Positions 24,626 to 32,908 of a stretch of 32,908 bases of DNA are shown in pieces. Numbering within the stretch: position 1 is the stretch's first letter; every line of letters begins with the position of its first letter. This stretch comes from an uncultured virus (IMG/VR IMGVR_UViG_3300025010_000041) (taxonomy: Duplodnaviria; Heunggongvirae; Uroviricota; Caudoviricetes), in the IMG/VR virus record IMGVR_UViG_3300025010_000041, one strand, 5' to 3'. Under the pieces are notes generated by a model, which was not told the origin of the DNA, searched no databases, and saw only the letters and a program-made list of their open reading frames with translations. The translations under genes and the position numbers were made by a program.

Positions 24626-24845
24626 GGGTCGCGATGTTTTCTCGATATCCACTGCCAGGAGCGGGGTCAGTTACGCTCCGATCCTGGAGTGGGTACTGGC
24701 GGCACGCTGGGCCGGTTATACCTATGAGCAGTTTGAGAAAATGGACGGTGACAGGCAGTCGTTCTATGTCGCCGCCAGACGCGCTGAGTTGCAAATAGAG
24801 GCCGTAATGACCAAAGAAGCGAACAAGAAGGCGAAACAGAAATGA
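24609..24845 (+). CDS. frameshift extension of tail assembly chaperone (lambda T-like; not in ORF track)
   Basis: +1 frame is open across the gap: FQVRFRGRDVF...LEWVLAARWAGYTYEQFEKMDGDRQSFYVAARR...KAKQK; its TGA overlaps the tape measure ATG; no start codon with RBS at its 5' end. Confidence 0.7.
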   Translation, partial: FQVRFRGRDVFSISTARSGVSYAPILEWVLAARWAGYTYEQFEKMDGDRQSFYVAARRAELQIEAVMTKEANKKAKQK

Positions 24846-27800
24846 GCGGAATGCCTCTTGCCGGCGTTCAACTGGTGGCGCAAGACTACGCGCCGTTTAT
24901 GGCTGCAATGCAAAATGCAACCAAAGCGGTCGAAGCGTTTGGCGCGGCGACCACCAACAGCGGCAAGACCGCTATGCCTGCGCTTGCCGACGGTGCGAAA
25001 AGCGCCGCCAGTGGTCTGGACGGGCTGAACGTCCAGAGTCTGATCGGCGCGAACGTGGTCGGAAATTTATTGACCGGGGCTATTACAACCGCCTGGGATA
25101 AACTAACCGGATTTATCACGGCTGCGGCGAGTGGAACAGAGGCTCTCCAGGACTTGACCATTAATCTGGAAACGCTGGCGGCTCGCGAAATCCTCTATTC
25201 CGGTGCAACCGACAACATGAGCGAAGCCCTCGAAATGGGGGCAAGCAACGCTGCCGGGATGTTCGAGGAACTGGAAAAACTCTCAATTGCCAGCCCGTTC
25301 CCCTACCAGTCGGTTGTCAGCGTCTTTCAAATGGGGATGCAGTTCGGCCAAACGTCTGAAATGGCGATGAAACTGACCGGGGCAATTACCGACCTGGCCG
25401 CGGTCAATAAGGGCATTCCCGGTATCATGCAGCGTCTGAGTTACAACTTTTCGCAAATGAGCATGACCGGAAAAATCATGGGCCGCGATATTCGCGACTT
25501 GGCAATGGCCGGCCTCGACCTCAACAAAGTACTTAAGTTGCAATTGGGCCAGACGGTCAAAGAGGTCAATGCCGACCTATCCTCTGGCAAAATAATCTTT
25601 GAGGATGTTGCACAGGCACTGGTAGATTACACGGATAAATACATTGGCCCGGCGGCCAAGCGCGCCAGCCGGACGCTCGGCGGTTTGAAGTCCACTTTTA
25701 TGGACGTTTCGTTCTTTGCTGGTAAAAACCTGTTTCTCCCGGCTGCAAACGCTTTGTCTGAGGCGCTGGGAACGATGCTTGACAAAGCCCTGATGGTGAC
25801 AAATTCAAAAGCGTTTACCAACATTGGACTCGCTCTCGAATATGCCACAAAGGCAATGCTGGGGCTGAACAACGTCCACCAGAAAGTATTCGCGGCGGGA
25901 GATAAAATCTGGCAGGAGTACGGCAGTGCGGCGGAAGCGGCTGCGGACGGAATTTATGCCACAGAAATAGAGATGAACGCCGCTCAACAAAAATCCATTG
26001 ACGATATGCTGAGCGGCTGGTTAGAGGGCGCGGCTAATGCGCTTGAGTGGGGCGTAAAAACAATGGTTCAGTTTGCAGACGGGCTGATTGAAGGCGCCGG
26101 GACCGCAATCAACGACGCGCTGGACTGGATCAACGGGCTTTTAGAGTGGTGGTTGGCTCCTGGTTCTCCCCCGCGGGTTGCCCCAGACATTGACTCTTGG
26201 GGCGCTTCAACGATCAACGAATGGCTCAAGGGCTTTACTGAGGCCGACTTTGACTTAGTGGACGCTATCTCGAAGCCGCTCAAAGCGGCGCTCTCTCTCG
26301 CCGCCGACATGGGCGCGATTGGCGAGGGCGATATCAATGCAATCCTCTCTGACATTATCAAGAGTGCCATTGCCGCCGCCTCTGGAGTTGGTGGCATAGA
26401 AGAAGTTTTAGCAAAAATCCGCGCCACCGCCGGCCCGTTTGCCAACGAAGTTGCCGACCTGGCCGAAAAGCAGTTTTATCTTGCCGAAGCATCGAAAGAA
26501 GTTACTTACTGGCAGAACGAGTTGAACGCTGCCCAACAGCGGGCATTTACCGCCGGAAAAGCGGTCTCGAAGGGCGTGCAGGAGTACAACGACCTGCTGC
26601 GCAACGGAGCAAGCAAAGAGGTACTCAAGGCGAAACTGGCAGAAATCAACGCCAACCGCGAGGCCCAAAAAATCGCTGTCGGCGAGGCTCGAACGGCAGA
26701 GGAAAACGCCAGGGTTGCCGGCGAGGGTATCGACACAATCAAAGAGCAAATCAGCCTGCAAAGTCAACTGATTGAGCAAATGACGGAACTGGCGCGCCTG
26801 CAAATTCTACCCGCCGAAACAGGAAAAGGCGGGGGTGGTGAAGGCGGGGCTGCGGGGGCGGGCGGCGGCGGGGCCAGCGGCGGTAGCACCGTCAACGAAA
26901 TGCTGGAGAAAATGCGGTTGCAAGTCGAGGAAAAAGCCGCTGCAATCTGGAAGCCCATCAAAGATAAGTGGGACGAATCTTGGGGGCCGATCTACACGAG
27001 TGTTGCAGAGAAACTAGGCACTTTATGGGATAACCTTGTCTTAATCGCCGGCGAGTTGTGGAACTTTGCGGGTCTGGTTGTTACCGCAATTCAGACCGGC
27101 GATTGGCTCCCGGTTCAAACAGCCGTCACCACGAAACTAACCGAAGTCTGGGCCGCAATGAAGATCGCCATGCTGCACTCCGACAATCCGGTAGTGAGCG
27201 GCCTCGCCCAATCTATCCTGACCGGGAACTGGGAGTTTTTTAGAGCAAATCTATTGAGCGCGATCAACAAAACGATAGGCGAAACCAAAGACCAATTAGT
27301 GACATTCCTGACTGCTACAGGAAATCCTATTGCAGTTGCGCTTGGGGCGGGCATTGCGACGGCAGACTGGAAGCCGTTCCAGGATGCGGTATCGGAAGAA
27401 GTGAATACCGCCGTTGAGGCCGCAGGGGAATCGGCAGTTGAGGTTCTTTGGAGCAATTTGACAAATGCCGAAACCTGGGGAAAAACAATCGGAACGGGTA
27501 CCGAAACATTCCTGGCTGTCGGCGCTGATATTGCGGCGGGCATTATCAACGGGTTATATGACGCGGTTATGAATCCGGAAAATCCAACCTGGCTAAAAGC
27601 CACGTCTGATTGGCTTGGCGCCATCAAGACCGCTCTATTCGCCAATATGGTAACTTTTGTGGCGGCGTTTGCGGGAGAATTGACCAACAAGTCTGCCGTC
27701 GAAATTCTCAAGTCATGGTCTGCGATATGGACAAACGCTGTAAACCTGGCGAAGTTTTTCACCTACTTCATTGGGCCGATTGGGTTATTCTTTGACGAAA

Positions 27801-28297
27801 ACTTCAAAGCCGCTGCACAGGGGATTGTTGACACAATCGTAGCGAAATTCAATGAGTTGATATACTCGAAAGACTCTCCGTTTGACGATATTGGACAAGG
27901 TATCGTCAAGGGAATTATCGCCGGGATTACAGCCACCGCCACCACCCTAGCCGAAGCGGCAATATCAGCGGCGAAAGGAGCGGTAGACGCAGTGCTGGAA
28001 TATCTCGGTATTAAGTCGCCCTCGAAACTGTTTATGGATATCGGCGCGAACGTCTCACTCGGCATGGGCAAAGGCATTGAACAGGCCGCCAACGAACCGG
28101 CGCAATCGGCCAATCAAATGGCTGCCGGAACCGTCAAAGCCGTGCGCCCCCCGTCTACCAGTCGCGTCCAGCCACCCGCGACCCGCGCCGGAGTCAGCGT
28201 CCAGATTGGTGACGTGTATATCTCGGACGCGCAAGAGGGACAAATGTTCGAGGCCAGAGTTGAGCGGGCCGTGATGAAAGCACTAGGAGCAGTCTAA
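24842..28297 (+). CDS. tape measure protein
   Basis: 1151 aa, Ala/Gly-rich helical; tape-measure motif (SPF.Y ... NFSQM..TGKIMGRDIRDL); C-terminal LGIKSPSKLFMDIG. Confidence 0.92.
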   Translation: MSGMPLAGVQLVAQDYAPFMAAMQNATKAVEAFGAATTNSGKTAMPALADGAKSAASGLDGLNVQSLIGANVVGNLLTGAITTAWDKLTGFITAAASGTEALQDLTINLETLAAREILYSGATDNMSEALEMGASNAAGMFEELEKLSIASPFPYQSVVSVFQMGMQFGQTSEMAMKLTGAITDLAAVNKGIPGIMQRLSYNFSQMSMTGKIMGRDIRDLAMAGLDLNKVLKLQLGQTVKEVNADLSSGKIIFEDVAQALVDYTDKYIGPAAKRASRTLGGLKSTFMDVSFFAGKNLFLPAANALSEALGTMLDKALMVTNSKAFTNIGLALEYATKAMLGLNNVHQKVFAAGDKIWQEYGSAAEAAADGIYATEIEMNAAQQKSIDDMLSGWLEGAANALEWGVKTMVQFADGLIEGAGTAINDALDWINGLLEWWLAPGSPPRVAPDIDSWGASTINEWLKGFTEADFDLVDAISKPLKAALSLAADMGAIGEGDINAILSDIIKSAIAAASGVGGIEEVLAKIRATAGPFANEVADLAEKQFYLAEASKEVTYWQNELNAAQQRAFTAGKAVSKGVQEYNDLLRNGASKEVLKAKLAEINANREAQKIAVGEARTAEENARVAGEGIDTIKEQISLQSQLIEQMTELARLQILPAETGKGGGGEGGAAGAGGGGASGGSTVNEMLEKMRLQVEEKAAAIWKPIKDKWDESWGPIYTSVAEKLGTLWDNLVLIAGELWNFAGLVVTAIQTGDWLPVQTAVTTKLTEVWAAMKIAMLHSDNPVVSGLAQSILTGNWEFFRANLLSAINKTIGETKDQLVTFLTATGNPIAVALGAGIATADWKPFQDAVSEEVNTAVEAAGESAVEVLWSNLTNAETWGKTIGTGTETFLAVGADIAAGIINGLYDAVMNPENPTWLKATSDWLGAIKTALFANMVTFVAAFAGELTNKSAVEILKSWSAIWTNAVNLAKFFTYFIGPIGLFFDENFKAAAQGIVDTIVAKFNELIYSKDSPFDDIGQGIVKGIIAGITATATTLAEAAISAAKGAVDAVLEYLGIKSPSKLFMDIGANVSLGMGKGIEQAANEPAQSANQMAAGTVKAVRPPSTSRVQPPATRAGVSVQIGDVYISDAQEGQMFEARVERAVMKALGAV

Positions 28298-30363
28298 TGG
28301 GACAGTACACGCTTGCAGAACTGGTTATCACAGACGGCTCGAACCTGGTCGATTTGCTCTATCACTTCAAATTGGCCGGCTGGCAACCCGCCACCGCCAC
28401 CTACAAAGACGGCGGTGTGTTTCAAGATTCGCCAATCGCGGACGGCAGGCGGCTGGTGCAGCGGTACTACCAGAACCTGACCGAAACCTTCCAGTTGGCA
28501 ATCAAAGCGGGTAAGATCAACTCCGCTATCAGCGACTTGAACCGGCTGCGCTCGATGCTCGAATCGGCGGCTGATTATTGGGCCTCGGACTGGAATGACA
28601 CGAAAGTCTGGATCGAAGCGCGCGGAGTTGGAGAGACCAACCGGCGCTATGCCCTGGTAGTTGCAGGCCAGGCTCCCAACGATCCTAACCCGTATGCCTC
28701 ACCGTTTGCCGGGCCGTTTGGGAATGTGGGGTTGGTTGAGGTGATGATCGAACACCTGATCTGGCTGGACGTCAAGCCGACCAGTTGGAACGAAACGCCG
28801 GTCTCTGCTATGCGCAACCTGGGCGGCGGGTTTGCGGTTGGAAACGTAGACGAAAACGGAGCGCGGGCAACCGAAACAGACGGCACGGTCTTTTTCTCCA
28901 ACTCGGACGCCAATTACAACGACTTGGATACGGTCAATTTTGATCTTGGCGGCTATATTACCCATGTCGCCAGCGACACGTTCGCTGCGCCTGCAAATTT
29001 GGTCAACGAATCGGTATCATTGGCCACCACGCTGATTGACACCACCGGGATCGCAGTTGACAAGGCAATCTATTTCGGTAGTACAGTGGCGGCGTTTAGT
29101 AACCTGATCTTGAACCTGTCTGTGGCAAGAGTCAATTTCACTATCGGCACGTGGGAATATTGGAGTTCGGCGGCGGGCGGATCGTGGGTTGCGCTCTCGA
29201 ACGTGATTGACAAAACCAGCGGTCTTTCCTTGACCGGCGTCAAAGAGGTCAACTGGACATTCCCATCGACGTGGGTGCAAACAGCGGTCACGGTAGACGG
29301 CGGGGCGGTCAATGGCTGGTGGGTTCGGGTGCGCATTACTGTCGCTCCCGTTGCCGCCTACACCGCTCCCGTGCAGGCGGCGCAAGTGATTTACACCGCC
29401 AATTGGCCGTTCGTGGAAGTGCAAGAGGAAGATGTGTCCGGGACGCTGCCTGCGTTACTGAGGGCGATTATGCAGCGCTACAACACGAATACGGACATTG
29501 ACCGGATTTTAGTTGGTCTGCGCTCAATGGATCGCGGGATTGATTTTAGTCACATGATTGACCTGGGTGTGAGCGCCAGCGGCGGCGGCGGCACACTTAC
29601 ACAAGCCGATCAAATTAGTTTCAGCGCCGGGATCGTCTCGGAGGCGTATGTCGGGCCGTCCGGCTACCGGTTGAAATACGCACCCGTCGCGGCAGGCAGT
29701 GAAACAATCACTATCGACTGGAGTAGCACGGATCGTAACATCCAGTGGTTGGGTCGCTTCCGGGTGCTAATACGCTACACCACCACCGATAATGTTGCGG
29801 GTTATTTCGCGGCAGAGGTGGTGACTTTGCGCGGATCGGCTACCAGCGCCACCACCGGCTCTGCGTTCCTGAATAACACTACCGACGATTATGCCGTTGC
29901 CGGGATCGGGACGCTCGACACGAAAGGCGCTACCGCTATCAGCGAATCAAGTACATTCCAAGTTCAAATCACGTTGACTGCTACACAGGGAGCGGTAGAC
30001 GACGGGGCGATTTTGTACCTGTATGACCTGATCTTGCTGCCGATTGACGAATATTCAGCCGACATCAAGATTGATGACGCCACCGCCGCTTTGTCGCGGT
30101 TGGCAATCGTTCTGGACAGCTTGCAGGGTCGCTGGCAATCGCGCTCTTACGCCAACAGCGGCTCAACATTCAACACGCAAATTGAAATTATCGGGCAGTC
30201 TATTTCTCCAGGGCCGGCAATCCTACAGAAACAGGCGCGCCAACGGTTGCACTTTGTCCTGATTGACACCAGTTCCAGCCACCCAACCGCGCCGCCTCAC
30301 CTGATGATGGCGGTCAAGTTGCAGCACCAGTCCCGTTACCACGGCATGAGAGGTGATGAATGA
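28297..30363 (+). CDS. distal tail / baseplate protein with beta-rich accessory domains (putative)
   Basis: Follows tape measure with TAATG overlap; 688 aa, Thr/Ser/Gly beta-rich. Confidence 0.6.
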   Translation: MGQYTLAELVITDGSNLVDLLYHFKLAGWQPATATYKDGGVFQDSPIADGRRLVQRYYQNLTETFQLAIKAGKINSAISDLNRLRSMLESAADYWASDWNDTKVWIEARGVGETNRRYALVVAGQAPNDPNPYASPFAGPFGNVGLVEVMIEHLIWLDVKPTSWNETPVSAMRNLGGGFAVGNVDENGARATETDGTVFFSNSDANYNDLDTVNFDLGGYITHVASDTFAAPANLVNESVSLATTLIDTTGIAVDKAIYFGSTVAAFSNLILNLSVARVNFTIGTWEYWSSAAGGSWVALSNVIDKTSGLSLTGVKEVNWTFPSTWVQTAVTVDGGAVNGWWVRVRITVAPVAAYTAPVQAAQVIYTANWPFVEVQEEDVSGTLPALLRAIMQRYNTNTDIDRILVGLRSMDRGIDFSHMIDLGVSASGGGGTLTQADQISFSAGIVSEAYVGPSGYRLKYAPVAAGSETITIDWSSTDRNIQWLGRFRVLIRYTTTDNVAGYFAAEVVTLRGSATSATTGSAFLNNTTDDYAVAGIGTLDTKGATAISESSTFQVQITLTATQGAVDDGAILYLYDLILLPIDEYSADIKIDDATAALSRLAIVLDSLQGRWQSRSYANSGSTFNTQIEIIGQSISPGPAILQKQARQRLHFVLIDTSSSHPTAPPHLMMAVKLQHQSRYHGMRGDE

Positions 30364-31346
30364 CACGTATTTTCGACAGCGGCGCAGAATGGGGTGATAC
30401 CCTGGATTTTGACACAGTCGCCGGGACGGCAGTCGCCAGCGCGGCCCAAAAGTACACCGGCAGTTACAGCTACCTGCTGCCCGGAAACGGCGCCAACCTG
30501 GGCAAGAATTTCAGCGCATTGAGTGAGTTGTACTTCCGGGCGCGGGTGCTGATTACCGCCATTTCAACAGAGCGGGACATTATTATTATCCGCAACAGCA
30601 CCACCACCCTGGCGAAAGTGGCCTACGATCCGTCTGTCTCTCTGCTGAAATTGTATATCAGCACCAACTTGGTCGCTACCGCCGGCGAATCCTGGCCGGT
30701 CAGCACCTGGGGGCGGCTGGAGTTGCGCTATAAGATCGACAACACCGTGGGAGTCTTTACCCTACTGCATGACGGGGCAGAAGTGGTGACCTTCACCGGT
30801 GACACCCAACCGGGAGCGGCTACCACCGCCGATAATATTTTGCTCCAGGGCGCGACTTCGATGTCGATCTACTATGACGATATCGCCCTCAACGACACCG
30901 CTGGACTGGCAGACAATTCTTACCCCGGCAATGGACGCTGCCTGCTGATCGTGGGCGACGCGGACGGCGACAGTTCGCAGTGGACAAACTCAGCCGGGAC
31001 AAGTGTCAACAACTACGACTATACGAACAATATTCCGCCCAACCCGGCTGTTTACGTGCAAGACTCAGTTGTTGGACACCAAGACCTGTACAACCTGGCG
31101 GCGTCTGGCTTGCTAAACGCTACGATCCGGCGGACGCGCGTCTCAGGGCGGGGGCTAGATACCGTGGGCGGCAACTCGATCATACTCAACCTGAAAGCGA
31201 CCACGCTGCACGCTTCGGGCGCGCTCCCGCTTACTACCAGTCTCGCCCGCGTGGCTGGGCCGGACTACACCACCAATCCCGATACCGGGCTGGCCTGGAC
31301 TATCAGTGACTTAGACGCGGTGCAAGTTGGGCCGGAGGTTGCATAG
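30360..31346 (+). CDS. minor tail protein with ConA/LamG-like beta-sandwich (putative)
   Basis: TWGRLELRY...FTLLHDG...IYYDDIALND pattern; ATGA-coupled. Confidence 0.6.
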   Translation: MTRIFDSGAEWGDTLDFDTVAGTAVASAAQKYTGSYSYLLPGNGANLGKNFSALSELYFRARVLITAISTERDIIIIRNSTTTLAKVAYDPSVSLLKLYISTNLVATAGESWPVSTWGRLELRYKIDNTVGVFTLLHDGAEVVTFTGDTQPGAATTADNILLQGATSMSIYYDDIALNDTAGLADNSYPGNGRCLLIVGDADGDSSQWTNSAGTSVNNYDYTNNIPPNPAVYVQDSVVGHQDLYNLAASGLLNATIRRTRVSGRGLDTVGGNSIILNLKATTLHASGALPLTTSLARVAGPDYTTNPDTGLAWTISDLDAVQVGPEVA

Positions 31347-32908
31347 TTGGCTCGACAGGTTAACGCCGCCGGGTTGGAGATCGAAACCAGCGATATTATC
31401 GCTTATCGCCGCGCGGCTGCGATTGGCCTGGAGGTCGAGACATTCGACGGGCGGGCGGTCAATGCGGTCGGGCTGGAGATTGAATACACCGACGATTACG
31501 TCCGGCCCGAACCGGTAGTAGAGTGCGCACCGGAGGTCGATTCATCGCACAGCCCGGTCGCTGTAGCCGACAACGCCGGGGCAATGCTTTTCGCGCTCCC
31601 CGAAACGGACACTGTTTCGGCAAGCGACAACGCCGGGGCAATGATTGCTGCCAACGACTCCACGAGTGAGGTTGACGCGGCGGACAATTACGGCCCGACG
31701 ATCTGGGGAGCGGCTCCACTGTCTACGGCGGACGCCACCCCCAACAGCGGCGCAACCGTCAGTGGCGAGTTCACACCCCCACTTGCCGCGGCCAGTGATA
31801 ACAGCGGCCCGCTTCTGCTGGCGGGTATTCCGCTTTCTGAGGTAGACGCCACAGATAACACCGGGGCAATGGTGACGGGCGAAATCACGACCCTGGAAGT
31901 GGACGCTACCCCCAACGCAGGGGCAATGGTCAGCGGAGAGGCGCAAATAGCGGAAACCGCCACAAGCCCCAACACGGGGCCTTTTGTGTCCGGGGATATC
32001 GGGATACCTGTTTTGCCAGTAACGCCCAATGTAGGCCCGCTGGTGGGCATACAGGGCGCTTCTGACCAGGCTTCCACAACCGATAATTCAGGCCCGCTTG
32101 TTTTGGGTGAAATCGCACCCGCAGAGGCCGCGGCAAGCGATAATTCAGGGCCAACCGTGGCGGCGGGAACCCCCGAAACAGCGGCGGCGAGTTCGGATAA
32201 TTCGGGGCCGGTGATCCTCTCGCCCGAAACAAGCGCCGAAGTGACAGGGACAGATAATTCCGGCCCAACCGTCTGGGGTGAATTTGCACCCGCCGAAGCG
32301 GACACCTCGGACAACAGCGGCCCGCTTGTGCTTGCACTGCCTGAGACCGGAGAGGTTGACGCGATTGATAATTCGGGGCCGGAGCTTTGCGATACTTCGG
32401 GCGACAGCGCGCATATTCCGGCAGTGGTCACGCCACAGACTCAGACGCCGATCAAGACCTATGACCCGTCTCACTACAGTTCGCAGGGCATGACGATAGC
32501 GGTCTATCGCCCGTCGATTGCGGCGGGAAGCTACAGTCCGGAGGCGTTGTTCCTGTTCAACCTGGAAAGCATATCAAGCGGCTGGACTCACTCAATCAGC
32601 ATTGACGGCGGTTACACCACGGCGCAGTTGACGCTCAATGTCTCAGACGTGGATTTGAGCGATTGGTTGGAGAGCGGAATAGGCCGTCACATTGTCGCTT
32701 TTGGAGATGCCAACGACAGACTCTGGGAGGGGTTTGTCAACCAGGTCGAGGTGCGGATCGGGGCGCTGGTATTCACGCGCGGCCCGCTGATGGACGTGGC
32801 GAACCGGGTCTTGGTCAACTACAGCCCATTGGACACGTCAATCTACCCGCCGGTTACGGGATCGACTACCGAAACGGAGCTTGCAGAGGATACCGCTTCT
32901 CAGGCCAT
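31347..32908 (+). CDS. 3'-truncated minor tail protein with 15 x 19-aa repeats (not in ORF track)
   Basis: GGAGG 31334-31338 then TTG 31347; by my translation the frame is open to the window end: MARQVNAAGLEIE ... repeats ... WTHSISIDGGY ... LWEGFVNQVE (tail-tip/hub-like). Confidence 0.8.
   Translation, partial: MARQVNAAGLEIETSDIIAYRRAAAIGLEVETFDGRAVNAVGLEIEYTDDYVRPEPVVECAPEVDSSHSPVAVADNAGAMLFALPETDTVSASDNAGAMIAANDSTSEVDAADNYGPTIWGAAPLSTADATPNSGATVSGEFTPPLAAASDNSGPLLLAGIPLSEVDATDNTGAMVTGEITTLEVDATPNAGAMVSGEAQIAETATSPNTGPFVSGDIGIPVLPVTPNVGPLVGIQGASDQASTTDNSGPLVLGEIAPAEAAASDNSGPTVAAGTPETAAASSDNSGPVILSPETSAEVTGTDNSGPTVWGEFAPAEADTSDNSGPLVLALPETGEVDAIDNSGPELCDTSGDSAHIPAVVTPQTQTPIKTYDPSHYSSQGMTIAVYRPSIAAGSYSPEALFLFNLESISSGWTHSISIDGGYTTAQLTLNVSDVDLSDWLESGIGRHIVAFGDANDRLWEGFVNQVEVRIGALVFTRGPLMDVANRVLVNYSPLDTSIYPPVTGSTTETELAEDTASQA
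31569..32381 (+). repeat. 57-bp-period coding tandem repeat
   Basis: (D/P)N(S/A/T/Y/V)G(P/A) recurs 15 times; first at 31569, last at 32367 = 14 x 57 nt later. Confidence 0.85.

Noticed and set aside
26827..26886. G-rich run in tape measure gene
   Set aside because: Encodes a Gly-rich linker (GGGGEGGAAGAGGGGASGG); 3-nt phase, unrelated to the pentamer arrays.

Overview
All-plus-strand segment of a tailed dsDNA (siphovirus-like) phage or prophage covering the virion morphogenesis region. In order: a partial HExxH metallopeptidase-domain head protein, ferritin, a 2H-phosphoesterase/prohead-protease fusion, scaffold, major capsid protein, a glycan-modification cluster (glycosyl-, methyl- and sulfotransferases), paralogous basic proteins sharing a KH..G.HNQ..HG leader, a likely head-tail protein, a tail tube fused to an Asp-box propeller, frameshifted tail chaperones, tape measure and tail-tip genes. 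An accessory island (about 16.5-22.4 kb) between head and tail genes holds two RNA-protein systems. (1) A Ro60/TROVE gene preceded by three tandem Y RNA-like genes, each presenting an anticodon-like loop, one containing a whole circularly permuted tRNA-Asn. (2) A stand-alone Cas7/RAMP-like gene followed by two arrays of 5-nt GG(Y)-NN repeats and an HNH nuclease. The variable dinucleotides of array 2, read as NN-skip-NN-skip, match 19/22 nt of the start of the neighbouring tail gene, suggesting RNA-guided, wobble-skipping targeting of a related phage. All protein calls are from motif recognition and synteny; no searches were run.
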